A DNA stretch of 64,000 nucleotides from Candidatus Bathyarchaeota archaeon (GCA_963775465.1 CAVZIW010000003.1:1-64000); one strand, 5' to 3'. Counted from the first letter of the stretch, positions 40,439 to 51,691 are shown. Translations and numbers: made by a program. The notes: generated from the sequence alone by a model not told the origin.

Positions 40439-41695
40439 TTAGGTGGTGCCCATTTCCCAAGTCGAAAGATATTTTTTCTGCTCTTCAGTAAGCTCGTCAA
40501 TTTTGATCCCCATGGAATGAAGTTTTAATTCAGCTATTTTTTCATCAATTTCTTTGGGAACACCATAGACTTTAGTATGGAGCTTATCTGACTTGGCTAT
40601 GAATTCTGCGCAGAGAGCTTGATTGGCAAAAGACATATCCATAACTTCGGATGGATGCCCTTCTGCTGCTGTAAGGTTTACTAGTCTGCCTTCAGCGAGC
40701 AGATATAATCGTCTCCCGTCGTTAAGGGAATATTCTTCCATGTTTGGACGCATTGTACGTTTAGATTTTGAGAGGCCTTCCAGGTCAGATATGCTAATTT
40801 CTACGTTAAAGTGACCACTGTTACAGAGGATAGCGCCATCTTTCATCTTCTGCATGTGTTCTTTGCGAATAACATTAAGATCACCTGTTGCTGTCGCAAA
40901 TATATCGCCTATCGGTGCTGCTTCAGACATAGGCATAACTCGTAATCCATTCATGGCTGCCTCCAATGCTCGAGTTGGTTGAACCTCAGTTACAATTACA
41001 TTTGCTCCTAAACCTTGGGCACGCATTGCTATGCCACGACTGCACCAACCATAGCCTCCAACAACGAAGTTTTTGCCGGCAAGCAAAACTGAAGTTGCCC
41101 GCAGAATACCGTCGATTGTGCTTTGACCCGTGCCATAGCGGTTGTCGAAAAGATATTTGGTAAATGCATCATTGACGGCTATTATGGGATATTTTAGAGT
41201 ATTATCACATTCCATGGCGCGCAATCGAACAACGCCAGTTGTTGTTTCTTCAGTACCACCCCTGATGTCTTTTATTTGCTCTTGCCGTTTGCTATGCAAC
41301 ATACCAATTACATCGGCGCCGTCGTCCATAGTCATGGTGGGCTTAAAGTCGAGAACTTTTTCAATACATCTATAGTAGTCTTCAGTATTTTGTCCTCTCC
41401 AAGCAAAAACGTGTACACCACTATCAGCTAATGCAGCAGCGACATCATCTTGAGTTGAAAGTGGATTGGAGCCACAGAGAGCGATTTTAGCTCCTCCAGC
41501 AACCAATACATTCACCAAAACAGCAGTCTCCTTTGTCACATGTAGACATGCAGCTAGAATATGGTTCTTTAGAGGTTTTTCCTTTTCAAACCGAGTTTTA
41601 ATTATATTAAGAACAGGCATATGTTTTGCTGCCCATTCAATCTGTAAATGCCCTTGAGGTGCAAGACTCTTATCTTTGATTTGAAATTGGTCCAT
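40439..41695 (-). CDS. ahcY: S-adenosylhomocysteine hydrolase
   Basis: [38 protein letters not shown]...GHP. Confidence 0.97.
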   Translation of the reverse strand: MDQFQIKDKSLAPQGHLQIEWAAKHMPVLNIIKTRFEKEKPLKNHILAACLHVTKETAVLVNVLVAGGAKIALCGSNPLSTQDDVAAALADSGVHVFAWRGQNTEDYYRCIEKVLDFKPTMTMDDGADVIGMLHSKRQEQIKDIRGGTEETTTGVVRLRAMECDNTLKYPIIAVNDAFTKYLFDNRYGTGQSTIDGILRATSVLLAGKNFVVGGYGWCSRGIAMRAQGLGANVIVTEVQPTRALEAAMNGLRVMPMSEAAPIGDIFATATGDLNVIRKEHMQKMKDGAILCNSGHFNVEISISDLEGLSKSKRTMRPNMEEYSLNDGRRLYLLAEGRLVNLTAAEGHPSEVMDMSFANQALCAEFIAKSDKLHTKVYGVPKEIDEKIAELKLHSMGIKIDELTEEQKKYLSTWEMGTT

Positions 41696-41828
41696 CTGAA
41701 ATCCTTCTTTTTCTGAAACATTGTATTCTCTACTTATTAGAATTTCCTCCCAATATGACCAAGCTTTAGATGTTAGCGCTAAAAAAACTTTAATTATGCA
41801 TTGTCCAGAGATACTCTGAGGGAGCATA

Positions 41829-42434
41829 ATGAAAGAGCCTTTTACATCGTTTGTAAGAAAAGAATTGGTCCCCAGAACTCTATTGATAACATGTGGGTTG
41901 CCTGCAAGTTATAAAACAGAAACTTCAGAGCAAGTTTCTAAAATAAAAGGATACCCTATTCTTCGAAGTGACTTAATTAGACTAGAAGTCCTCAAGAACG
42001 AAGACATTTTCGATGCCAAAGTCGCAGGAAACATGAACAAAAGACTGTCTGTCTATGATGAATTGTTTAGAAGGGCAAATGAACAGGCTGCAAAGGGTAA
42101 CGATGGCTTAATCCTAGACGCCACGTTTGTTACACAAGAACTTCGACAACGCGCCGCCGAAATAGCTGCGAAAAACAAAATGACCTTTGTTATTCTACAA
42201 ACTAATTGCCCCAAAGAAGTATCTCTTGCCAGAATTATGAGGCGAACAAAAGAAAAATACGAATCAAACGCTTTGACCGAAGAGGCATATATTGCTAACA
42301 AGAACAAATTCGAACCTGTTGACTTAGATGATCTAAATAGAAAATATCCATCACTTAATATGCTCCATTTAATGGTTGACACATGCCATGATGAAATTGA
42401 CCAATGGTATGTGGTTAACATGGATAAAAGGTAA
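41829..42434 (+). CDS. AAA_33 / predicted P-loop kinase (COG0645-like)
   Basis: [22 protein letters not shown]...R lid. Confidence 0.78.
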   Translation: MKEPFTSFVRKELVPRTLLITCGLPASYKTETSEQVSKIKGYPILRSDLIRLEVLKNEDIFDAKVAGNMNKRLSVYDELFRRANEQAAKGNDGLILDATFVTQELRQRAAEIAAKNKMTFVILQTNCPKEVSLARIMRRTKEKYESNALTEEAYIANKNKFEPVDLDDLNRKYPSLNMLHLMVDTCHDEIDQWYVVNMDKR

Positions 42435-42446
42435 GAGCAGCAACCA

Positions 42447-43313
42447 ATGAAAATAGACTTACACATCCACTCAAAAAGCTCGGACGGAAAGATGGATGTT
42501 CAAGATATTTTTAAAGAAGCCATAGATAGAAAAATCGACTTCATAGCAATAACAGACCATGATTCTATTGTTTGCCAACCCCAAGCCATAGAAGAAGCAA
42601 AACGAATCGGCATAAACTACGTTACTGGTGTTGAGCTAAACATAGCTTTTTCCCATCCCAAGTTCCTGAATGGCAAAACTGTTTCACTCGACTTATTAGG
42701 TTACCAATTTGACTCCAAAAACAAAGCATTATCGAACAAACTTGAAACACTTGCAAAATACAGAGAGGAAAGAGCAGCCAAAATCCTGAACAACCTAAAT
42801 GCTGAATTCCAAAAAGAAAACATTGTCGAATTGACCAAGGCAGATTTACGCCAGATTGAAGAAACAGTCGACGGTTCTATTGGAAGACCACACATAGCTG
42901 ATTATCTTGTAAAGAAAAATATTGTTAAATCACGCCAAGATGCCTTCGACAAATACCTAGTCAAATGCGATGTGCCAAAGTTTCCCCTGTATTTGGAAGA
43001 AGCTGCAAAACTCATAAAGGATGCAGGCGGAAAATTGGTGATTGCTCATCCAAACGACCCACATGGAACATCACTATCATCTCTAACCAATGTACTTACT
43101 GAGCAAACACAGATTATCGCGGAAAAAATGTTAACTTCTATTGATGGAGTTGAATGCTGGCATTCAAGGCACACCTTAGAAACCACAAATCACTATGTCG
43201 CTTTTGCCAAAGAGCACGGGTTGATTATGACGGGGGGAAGCGATTGCCACCAAAAACCAATTATTATGGGGACAGTCGATGTTCCGAGTTGGGTAAGAAA
43301 GCAGTTTTCATAG
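42447..43313 (+). CDS. PHP-domain phosphoesterase (TrpH/YciV-like)
   Basis: DLHIHS..SDG, ITDHD, GVE, GRPHIA, AHP, GGSDCH. Confidence 0.92.
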   Translation: MKIDLHIHSKSSDGKMDVQDIFKEAIDRKIDFIAITDHDSIVCQPQAIEEAKRIGINYVTGVELNIAFSHPKFLNGKTVSLDLLGYQFDSKNKALSNKLETLAKYREERAAKILNNLNAEFQKENIVELTKADLRQIEETVDGSIGRPHIADYLVKKNIVKSRQDAFDKYLVKCDVPKFPLYLEEAAKLIKDAGGKLVIAHPNDPHGTSLSSLTNVLTEQTQIIAEKMLTSIDGVECWHSRHTLETTNHYVAFAKEHGLIMTGGSDCHQKPIIMGTVDVPSWVRKQFS

Positions 43314-43635
43314 TTGTGTATATTTAGCTTTAATGGTTAGTTTTACCAATGTTTCTAAATATAGTCCACCCTTCATAGAAATACGACAAGCTCCCCCATC
43401 CTCATCCCATCCAACCTAACCCAGCATAGATTACAAACAAAAAAACACATCTCCCATCCCAACAACAACTGAAAAACATTCAGAACCAAAAAAGCAAACC
43501 TCCCCGCCACCAAAAGATTGGATGGGAACACTTCAACAATAACCCATCCTCAAAAAGAAAAAAATTACGCCAAAACGAAGCAAAAATGTTGGCTGAAACA
43601 ACTCGAACTAAATACAGACTTATAGTTTTGTTTAA

Positions 43636-44643
43636 TTAGAGACTCTTAACATATTCATTGGCAAGCTTGAAGTAAGCTTGTGCCTCTTTAATTGCAGATG
43701 TTTTTTCCGTTTGTTCAATGTTAGTGTCATCTAGTTTGAAGCTTATTACTTTGCCACGTACATAGGCTCTGTAGCATTTATAAAATGCTAAAAGCTGCAT
43801 TAACTGTTTGTCCTTGGAATAAACCAGGTAGCGTTCTAAGAAATAGTTTGAGAGATCTGTTCTTTGTTGGAAGTCAAGGTCCATTGCTAGGAAGGCTACG
43901 TCTGCGGCGACGTCAGAGTAACGGAAGCGATCGTTAAATTCTATTGCATCAAATATACAAATCTGATCAGTTATGAAAATATTGCCCGAATGAAGATCTC
44001 CATGGCAGTCTCTAATTTTATTACTAACAATTCTATCCTCGAAAAGAGCCTTATTCTTCTCAATGAAAGTGTTAATTCCAGTTTGGATGAATTGAAAGGT
44101 TACTTTTGGGATTGTTTGATCGATATATTTTGTAGTTTGGGAAAAATTTTCATCCCAATTGGTCTTAATAATTTTAATGGTGCCAAATTGACTAATTTCA
44201 AGGTTTGTTTGTGCCTTCAAATGGAACTGAGATACAACTTTGGCTATATCGTCAATAGTTTCCTTGAAAACTTTGCCCTCTTTTAGTAAAATAGTCATTA
44301 TTCTTTCTTGAGGGAGACGCTTCATTTTTAAAGCGTACTCAATTATTTCACCTTCGCCCTTTATCTTAATCTTGTTTTTTTGGTTGATAGGAACAACCTC
44401 CAAGTATATTTTTGGACAAAGTCGCTTATTGATTTCCAATTCTTTCTGACAATAAAGATGTCGATTTTCAAGAGTTGAGAAATCCAGAAATCCAAAATTA
44501 ACTGCTTTTTTTACTTTGTAAACAAAGTTGTCTGTTACAAATACAAACGATATGTGAGTTTGAATGAGCTCTATTTTGCCTGTTTCTTCAGGGTAGGAAT
44601 CAGTTCTAAGTAAGGCGTCAACAACTTTGTTTTGAGTTTGCAT
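43636..44643 (-). CDS. Aminoglycoside-phosphotransferase-like protein (COG2187)
   Basis: IQTHISFVF, YKVKKAVNFGFLDFST, HGDLHSGNI, FDAIEFNDRFR, YRAYVRGKV. Confidence 0.88.
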   Translation of the reverse strand: MQTQNKVVDALLRTDSYPEETGKIELIQTHISFVFVTDNFVYKVKKAVNFGFLDFSTLENRHLYCQKELEINKRLCPKIYLEVVPINQKNKIKIKGEGEIIEYALKMKRLPQERIMTILLKEGKVFKETIDDIAKVVSQFHLKAQTNLEISQFGTIKIIKTNWDENFSQTTKYIDQTIPKVTFQFIQTGINTFIEKNKALFEDRIVSNKIRDCHGDLHSGNIFITDQICIFDAIEFNDRFRYSDVAADVAFLAMDLDFQQRTDLSNYFLERYLVYSKDKQLMQLLAFYKCYRAYVRGKVISFKLDDTNIEQTEKTSAIKEAQAYFKLANEYVKSL

Positions 44644-44864
44644 TCGAAATCTTCCTTAAAATATAATTCTTTGAGTTAGCAACCAATAAAGGTTAGGGGT
44701 AAGTAAGTGATTGATTGGTTAAGTAGGCTTATGTTTCAGCAGGTTAAAAGTAAGTTTGCCACTTATTGGAATTAGAGGATAATTTGAAGAAAAAAATCAA
44801 TGACCATTGCAAAGGCGCTCTAAATAGCAATCGAGTAAGAAATGTAAAAACTAAACTTTCAAAA

Positions 44865-45488
44865 CTAAAAAGCTTGAAAGCTCTTAACATATTTTAAGAC
44901 TTTTTCTGCTTGCTCTTCTGATATATGCTTATCTTGGCTGAGGGAATGAACTATTTCAGTGATAGTAGCTAATGCATGGACTCTGTAGCCAAGTTTTTCC
45001 AAGTTTTCTTTGCCACCGTGCTGACGGTTAACCACAACCAACAAATGCTTTACGTTGGCACCAAGTTCGTGAAGAGGTTTTAGCCCTTCGATTTTAGAGA
45101 GCCCCTCGCTTACAACGTCATCAAAAAAAAGAATATTGTCTCCTTTCTTTACATCTGCACCGGCAATTCTGCCTGTGACTCCATAACCTTTCTCTTCCTT
45201 TCGTATAATAACACATGGCAAGTTTAGTTGGCATGCGATGCTGGGCACTATTAGGGCGCCTTTGAGCTCAATCGAAGATAACTTATCTATTTTTTCTTCT
45301 TTTGCTATTTCCATTATTTTTTCTGACGCAACCTCAGCGACAGTACACAAGTGTTTTGGATCGGATAGTACGCGTGATAGGTCAATGTAGTAAGGACTGC
45401 TTGCTCCAGATTTGATTTTGAAAGATCCAAACCTTAGGCAACCTGATAAGTATAAAGCGTTAGCAATTTTACTGATATTAGACGTCAT
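44865..45488 (-). CDS. pyrE: Orotate phosphoribosyltransferase
   Basis: FGSFKIKSGASSPYYID, IRKEEKGYG, FDDVVSEG. Confidence 0.85.
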   Translation of the reverse strand: MTSNISKIANALYLSGCLRFGSFKIKSGASSPYYIDLSRVLSDPKHLCTVAEVASEKIMEIAKEEKIDKLSSIELKGALIVPSIACQLNLPCVIIRKEEKGYGVTGRIAGADVKKGDNILFFDDVVSEGLSKIEGLKPLHELGANVKHLLVVVNRQHGGKENLEKLGYRVHALATITEIVHSLSQDKHISEEQAEKVLKYVKSFQAF

Positions 45489-45600
45489 GAAACTTTTCTC
45501 CTTAAATTGTGAATACAAACTAGTGAATTTAACCCTTGCCGATTGGCAATTACTCCTAAAAAAAATGCGCCAAGTCTCTTTCAAAATCGACGTAGTAGGG

Positions 45601-46575
45601 TTAAACGACTAAGTCCGCCATATCCACACTTCGCTCGTAAATCTGCTTCAGAAAAGAAACCGCTGCTAGAAGCTGAGGCAACAAGTCCACCGATAAGTCC
45701 TTAGCAACTCGCTCAACGGTAGAAGAACTCGCCTCCACTTTGCCATATAAGTCTCGGACTTGTTCAGCTAAAGATATGTCTTTAACCAAGAAAGCCTTGA
45801 AAGCGTGTTCGTTAGCTTCACAACAAATCAATTGCAATTCAACAAGTGATTTCTTCACCTCATCAGATAATTTTATACCGTTGAGGGCCAAAGTATTTTG
45901 AGCTATTTGAACACAAGAATCCCCGATTCCTTCAATTAAACTTGCAGCTAAACGGTAATCTAGACATTCAATCGGAGTGATGTCAAGCTTATCGCTTAGC
46001 CGCGGGTTCTGAATTATTGTACGCAAGATTCTAACAAGTAAAAAATATAGCCTATTGCTTTCATTATCTCTGGCAACTACGCTTTTTGCAAGCTCCAGAT
46101 CGCCATTGATAAACGAGTTTGAAACATCCCTAATCATTCCCGTAACAAGTCCATAGTTCCGTTGCAATATTTTTCCCGGCAAAAACCCGAAAGGTAGTTG
46201 AGAGATACTTTGCAAGGAAATTTTTGATATTGTTTCTTCAACGATTTCTAAACCTGCGAGAGAAATAGCTGTTGATTTAATGATGTTCCTTGCGTTTGCG
46301 TCAATGCGGTCTTTAGCTTCGATATTTATGGTATCATAGCCAAGAAGGTAACGACCAACAATTTCACGACCCAGAAATGGACCAACACCTAAAGTGGCAA
46401 TTTTAAGTTGAGGTTCAGTATCGTATTTGGGGTCGACAAGAAGTTTGCCGTCGCTTGTGGTCTCTAAATTAACCAGTGACCCCTTCGCAAGATTGTTCTG
46501 TTTTGCCCAGTCACGAGGGAGGCAAACAAAGAAGGTTCCTGTTGGCGTTTGTTGAACTTTGCGAGATTCACCCAT
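45601..46575 (-). CDS. PhoU-family regulator with N-terminal AbrB domain
   Basis: RKVQ...VCLPRDWA; YLLGYD; PhoU helical repeats. Confidence 0.88.
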   Translation of the reverse strand: MGESRKVQQTPTGTFFVCLPRDWAKQNNLAKGSLVNLETTSDGKLLVDPKYDTEPQLKIATLGVGPFLGREIVGRYLLGYDTINIEAKDRIDANARNIIKSTAISLAGLEIVEETISKISLQSISQLPFGFLPGKILQRNYGLVTGMIRDVSNSFINGDLELAKSVVARDNESNRLYFLLVRILRTIIQNPRLSDKLDITPIECLDYRLAASLIEGIGDSCVQIAQNTLALNGIKLSDEVKKSLVELQLICCEANEHAFKAFLVKDISLAEQVRDLYGKVEASSSTVERVAKDLSVDLLPQLLAAVSFLKQIYERSVDMADLVV

Positions 46576-46805
46576 ATTCAGCTACCCCAAGTTGTAACAT
46601 ATCTAAACTATTTATGAATTATTTAAACGGAACCAAATTTAGCAGTTTGCAGAATTGAATCAAAGAAAAGGATAATTTTTCGTAAAAGGTTGGTACCCAC
46701 CCATCAATAAGTAAATTGCTAACCAAATAAAAAACAGTAAATAACTCCGAAGCATAAAAGCATAATCATAAAAGACCTCTTAGATGGGGCAGGCGCAAGA
46801 ACTAG

Positions 46806-48389
46806 ATGAGCTTAGAAAAACTTCAACAAGCAATAGAATCGATCATCATGGCGGGCTACCAAATAAATAGTGAAGCGTTTGAGTTCTTGTGCAAAAATTC
46901 TGAAAGCAATGATCCTGTCTGTATCGTAAGCCAGGCTTTGGAAAAAATCCAGGCGTTGCGGGAAAAACCAATGTTTATAGAAAAAGGCTTTCTAGAAACA
47001 CTTGTTCAAGCGCCAATTCTGGCGCCCCAAATGCAAGTTCCAGAACCGTCAGCTCAGAACAGATCACAGTCATATGTTCCTCAGCCTCAAATTCGACCTC
47101 TAGAAGAAATTCTAACAGGGAATCAAACCGAGTTTTATCCATATGCAAGAGACATCCCATCGGATCTGAAAATTCTCGATGATGCAACCAGAAAATTAAC
47201 CTCAAATGGCACGCTTGGCGAATATGTGCTATATTTCCAAGACCGCTTTAAGCGAATAGAGAGATTGTTAAGGCAAAGGATTGATGTAAAAGCAGCAACG
47301 CCTATTGCAGAAGCTTTAAAGTCACCACCGAAAACCAAGCTGAAAATCATTTGCATGTTGACTGAAAAACGTGACTCGAAAAACAACACTATTCTTTCAG
47401 TTGAGGATTTGCATGCAAGTGCAACCGTACTCGTGCCGCAGAAAGCCTCCGAAGACGTCAAAAAGAAAGCGTTAATGCTCCTACCAGATCAAGTTGTATG
47501 TATAGCCGTAGCAAAGACAAGGAGCAACTTGCTGATGGCAGAGGACATAATCTTTCCTGAAGTAGGAAAGAAACCACCTCAACGTGCCCAAGAACCCGTT
47601 TACGCCGTCTTCACATCTGACATTCATATTGGAAGTACAAAATTTACCAAAGAAGCTTTCAGGAGATTTATTCTTTGGTTAAGGGGGAAATATGGGTCAC
47701 TTGAGATGCGTGAAATTGCTAGTCGAGTCAAATACGTCCTAGTTGCAGGGGACATTGTGGACGGCGTGGGAATCTATCCTGACCAACAGAAAGAGCTAAC
47801 CATTCGTGATGTTCATAAACAGTACAATTACGCAATCAAATACCTAGAAAAAATACCTGAATATATAGAAATAGTGCTTTCACCAGGGAACCATGATGCA
47901 TCTCGGAAATCGCTGCCCCAACCCGCCATACCAGAAGGATATTTGGCTGCAATTCAAGGCAAAAAAAACTTTCATTCAGTCGGTAGCCCATGTTATCTTA
48001 GCGTGCATGGTGTTGACGTTCTCATGTACCATGGCAGAAGTCTAGATGATATTATTGCCGTAATCCCGGGTATGGATCATCAGCATCCAGAAAAGTCAAT
48101 GCGTTTACTTATGCGAGGAAGGCACTTGGCTCCCGTTTATGGAGGGAAAACGATGCTTTCTCCAGAAAACAGAGATTACTTGGTTATCGATAAGGTCCCA
48201 GACATATTCCATGCTGGACATGTGCATGTTAATGGATTATGTAATTATAGGGGGGTTCTCGTGGTCAACTCCGGAGGCTGGCAGGAACAAACTGATTATA
48301 TGGAAAAGTTGGGATTAGTTCCTACACCTGGCAAAGTGCCAGTTGTGAACCTGCAAACGATGGAAACGACAGTTATTTCATTTCTGTAA
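46806..48389 (+). CDS. polB: DNA polymerase D small (exonuclease) subunit DP1
   Basis: SDIHIGS, AGDIVDGVGIYP, PGNHD, YHGRS, HLAP, GHVH. Confidence 0.95.
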   Translation: MSLEKLQQAIESIIMAGYQINSEAFEFLCKNSESNDPVCIVSQALEKIQALREKPMFIEKGFLETLVQAPILAPQMQVPEPSAQNRSQSYVPQPQIRPLEEILTGNQTEFYPYARDIPSDLKILDDATRKLTSNGTLGEYVLYFQDRFKRIERLLRQRIDVKAATPIAEALKSPPKTKLKIICMLTEKRDSKNNTILSVEDLHASATVLVPQKASEDVKKKALMLLPDQVVCIAVAKTRSNLLMAEDIIFPEVGKKPPQRAQEPVYAVFTSDIHIGSTKFTKEAFRRFILWLRGKYGSLEMREIASRVKYVLVAGDIVDGVGIYPDQQKELTIRDVHKQYNYAIKYLEKIPEYIEIVLSPGNHDASRKSLPQPAIPEGYLAAIQGKKNFHSVGSPCYLSVHGVDVLMYHGRSLDDIIAVIPGMDHQHPEKSMRLLMRGRHLAPVYGGKTMLSPENRDYLVIDKVPDIFHAGHVHVNGLCNYRGVLVVNSGGWQEQTDYMEKLGLVPTPGKVPVVNLQTMETTVISFL

Positions 48390-49619
48390 TTTATATGGAG
48401 TTTTGGGAGAATAGCTGAGCAATTGGTTAAAGCGGTTGTCGTCACCAAAGACGTCACGGATTAACCCCCGGGAAATTTCAAGGCGAATTTTTTTAGTTCT
48501 TCCGTATCTACCCATGCTTACGACTTTGGCGTTCACTAGCCCCATCGAGTCTAGCTCATTAACTAAGGTACCCAATCGTCTTTGAGTTAAAAGTCCTGCA
48601 CCCATCTCGCCACATAACTCATTGTAGACATCATAAATTTCACCAGTTGTGGCACTAGACTTGTTTAAGTGGTAAACACTCAAGACCACCAGTTTTGAAT
48701 GCAATGTCAAATTCTTTAACGCTTCCAGAACGCGATTGTGTTCAATGTGTTTCTCTGCTTGACGTACATGCTCTTCAGTAACTGACTTTGCATTCTCTCG
48801 TTCTGCCACTTCACCAGCTACACGCAGCAAATCCAATGCTCGTCTTGCATCGCCATGTTCTGCAGCTGCTAGGGCCGAAGAAATACTCAGGGCTGAATCA
48901 GATAAAACGCCCTCTTGGAAAGCTAGCCTTGAACGTTCGAGAAGGATATTACGAAGTTCACCTGCATCATAAGGTCTGAACACCAGCTCTTCTTCGCTAA
49001 GAGAGCTGAAGACTCTAGGGTCGAGAAACTCTTTGAGACGTAAATCGTTGGATATGCCAATTATCGAGACCTTGCTTTTGTTTAGTGTCTCATTTATTCT
49101 TGTAAGTTCGTACATGAAAGCATCTCCGCGTTCCTTGATTAAAGCATCAACTTCATCCAGAACTACTATAAAGATAATTCGAGATTGGTCAAGACATGAA
49201 CGGAACCGATCGAAGACTTCACCAACTGAGAGTCCTGTGAACGGTACTGCTAACCCCACACTTTGGCTTAAACTAGCAAAAACACGATATTCAGAACCAG
49301 TCATACGGCAGTTGATATAGCAGAATTTTATTTGTGCACCATATTCTTTGGCTTTGGATTCTAAATGGCTTAAAACATATTTTGCAACAGCTGTTTTTCC
49401 TGTTCCTGTCTTACCATATATGAATATGTTTGAACATCTAGCATTTTTTAAGACAGGTGCAACAGTTGCACCTAAGAGACGAATCTGATCTTCTCTGTGA
49501 GGCAGTTTTTCAGGAAGATAATCATGTCTGAGAACTTCGCGGTCTTTAAAGAGCTTAATACCATTAACAAAATTGTCGAATACATCATCTAATACGTTTG
49601 AATTCCCCATCTTACCCAC
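48378..49619 (-). CDS. cdc6: Orc1/Cdc6 replication initiator
   Basis: LPHRE, YGKTGTGKT, LDEVD, GDARRALDLLR, C-terminal wHTH GRYGRT. Confidence 0.96.
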   Translation of the reverse strand: MGKMGNSNVLDDVFDNFVNGIKLFKDREVLRHDYLPEKLPHREDQIRLLGATVAPVLKNARCSNIFIYGKTGTGKTAVAKYVLSHLESKAKEYGAQIKFCYINCRMTGSEYRVFASLSQSVGLAVPFTGLSVGEVFDRFRSCLDQSRIIFIVVLDEVDALIKERGDAFMYELTRINETLNKSKVSIIGISNDLRLKEFLDPRVFSSLSEEELVFRPYDAGELRNILLERSRLAFQEGVLSDSALSISSALAAAEHGDARRALDLLRVAGEVAERENAKSVTEEHVRQAEKHIEHNRVLEALKNLTLHSKLVVLSVYHLNKSSATTGEIYDVYNELCGEMGAGLLTQRRLGTLVNELDSMGLVNAKVVSMGRYGRTKKIRLEISRGLIRDVFGDDNRFNQLLSYSPKTPYKLQK

Positions 49620-50300
49620 CGCTTTTCTTCAGAGGTACAACCGTTACTTCTTATGGAACAGATAAAGGATGTAGTACAAAAAACTGGTCTTAGAACACAA
49701 CAATCCTAAAAAAAATGAAAATACATCGGCAAAGACAAGTAAACAAAGGAAAAACACGCACCCCCAGGTTTCTATTGGAAAAAATGGATGCTATAAAGTT
49801 TAACACATTATTACTACTTATAATAATATACTCTGAGTTGTAAATACAAATTCTATATATTAATTATTGTTATCCAAGAAATTAAACTATTTTTCTTCAA
49901 ATATTTTTTTCTCTCTTTACAGTCTTCATTTTGCTCAAAATCCTCGAAAGGAAACGTAGGGGTGTCTCTTTAGAGCTTAATCCATCATAAAAAAATTAAA
50001 ATTGCTTATTGCATTGCTAGTCTATTCATACTCTTGTAATATCTTAATGTATGAACATCCAAGACACTTTTACGTGCAATTTTTCTTTTCTCTGCATTCA
50101 CAAAGCTGTGAATACATGTAAAATAATAATAAATTTGTCGCTTTAACAAGCCCCTTTTAGGATAATTTGTTTTAATTCTGTCTTTTAACAGTGAATAAGC
50201 CACCCCTACACTTCTACTGGAAAACCCAAACCAGGCACTAACTGAATTTATTTTACCATTTAATTATTATGTGAAGTTGGTAATCTCAAATACGCTCTAA
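49620..50300. other. Chromosomal replication origin (oriC)
   Basis: Non-coding region upstream of cdc6. ORB-like boxes with G-strings at 49760-49781 (- strand TTCCAATAGAAACCTGGGGG), 49943-49964 (+ strand TCGAAAGGAAACGTAGGGGTG) and 50201-50224 (- strand TTCCAGTAGAAGTGTAGGGGTG). Very AT-rich stretch at about 49800-49915. Confidence 0.85.
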
Positions 50301-50416
50301 AATTTAGGTATTTAATAATAAAAAGCTTTAATACAGGTTTTTTTCCTATCTGTTTTCACCATCACAGTTATATGAAGTGAAGCAATAAAGTTGTGAACAA
50401 CCTAGGTGTTCATCAA

Positions 50417-50848
50417 ATGCCGGCTCGGAAAATGCGCGTTGAGCTGTTCGATAGCGATGGGAATCGATATACCATAGCTTTTGAGGGTCAAGTAACCCGC
50501 GATAAAGCTCTGCGTCTTTTGGATCTTGTCGAATTGCTAGGCGGTACACCGAATGAAGGTCAAGTTGCAAATACAAATCCAAACATACCTAACCGTGTTT
50601 TATCTCGTTTGGAAAAGGTTAAGTCAGTCATTCAGAAGAACTTTCCATTAGTCTGGTTTTCGTCTAAGGATATTCAAACCGTTTATGAACAGGAACTTAA
50701 AGAGCCAGTTAGCCTGAGCACCATATCCACATACTTGTCCAGAATGACGACTAAGGGCTTACTAATGCGTACTGGTAACTCGAATAATCTCAAGTATAAA
50801 ACAGCTCCAAATATCCCTCAAACAACTTTAAAACAGCGAACGAAATAG
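50417..50848 (+). CDS. Origin-adjacent winged-helix protein with small N-terminal beta domain
   Basis: MPARKMRVELFD...; C-terminal WFSSKDIQ..YE...SLSTISTYLSRM..KG.L.R wHTH; AGGTG upstream of the ATG. Confidence 0.8.
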   Translation: MPARKMRVELFDSDGNRYTIAFEGQVTRDKALRLLDLVELLGGTPNEGQVANTNPNIPNRVLSRLEKVKSVIQKNFPLVWFSSKDIQTVYEQELKEPVSLSTISTYLSRMTTKGLLMRTGNSNNLKYKTAPNIPQTTLKQRTK

Positions 50849-50914
50849 TTTCAAAGCTACTTTATTTTTAATTCATAGAAATTAGTCTTATTAATCTCAA
50901 CCTTAACTTGAATT

Positions 50915-51691
50915 TCATGCAGTTTGGTTTTCGGTTTTCTGTAGAAGCGCTTCCATCTCTTTCTTGATGGTGTAGCGGAAAGGAATCTTTCCTGCTTCCC
51001 TCTCTAGATATCCTTCCTCATAGAGCTTTTTCATCAACCTAGCTGTATGTTCCCTGCTAAGACGTACTCTTTCTTTTATTTCGGGTGCCGTTTTCGCACC
51101 TTGTTTATGGAGCATTTCCAAAACTGTTATTTCGGTGTCAGTTAAGGCCGCTAACGCTTTATCTCGTTTTATTAGTAAGGGCGTTAACATGATTTCATTT
51201 TTATTTTCCTGCGGCGCTGGCGCAAAGGAAAGTTTCTGGATTTCCTCTTCAATTACTATTAATTTATTTCCCAAAGTTTCTTGGGTGGCTTCGATATCTT
51301 TAATTTTAGATTCTAATCCTCCCAATTCAGAGAGAAAGTTGGTGTTTTTTTGAGTGTTCTCTAAGAAGGTTTGCGACATCAATTCGATTGATTGACTGAG
51401 CGTACTGAGTTGTTGTTCAAAAGGCACTATTCTTTTTTCAAGGTTATCTGCCCTTCTGTAGCTAGCATCTGCAGTGGAGTAGCTTCCATCGACCTTGGAT
51501 GCCATCGATTCAAACCTGATAGATTCACGCTTTAGTTCACGGTCGAAGCTTAGTACTATATCTTCAACGAAGCCTCTAGCTTTTTCATATTCTATATGGG
51601 CCTTGCGTATTTGCTTATAGTACTCGAATGCAGCTAAAATTGTTACAGATAATAGAACACCAAAGACTATTATTGTGAAATCAACCGTGAT
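50915..51691 (-). CDS. Membrane-anchored coiled-coil protein with C-terminal winged helix (probable ATC start)
   Basis: The frame of ORF 50915-51505 stays open to 51691 and adds the TM segment FTIIVFGVLLSVTILAAF. GGAGGAG lies just upstream. C-terminus LTDTEITVLEML...TAPEI...LSREHTARLMKKLYEEGYLER. Confidence 0.8.
   Translation of the reverse strand: MTVDFTIIVFGVLLSVTILAAFEYYKQIRKAHIEYEKARGFVEDIVLSFDRELKRESIRFESMASKVDGSYSTADASYRRADNLEKRIVPFEQQLSTLSQSIELMSQTFLENTQKNTNFLSELGGLESKIKDIEATQETLGNKLIVIEEEIQKLSFAPAPQENKNEIMLTPLLIKRDKALAALTDTEITVLEMLHKQGAKTAPEIKERVRLSREHTARLMKKLYEEGYLEREAGKIPFRYTIKKEMEALLQKTENQTA

Noticed and set aside
50006-50203. 65-aa ORF inside oriC
   Set aside because: Lies between ORB boxes in AT-rich origin DNA; no SD or motif.
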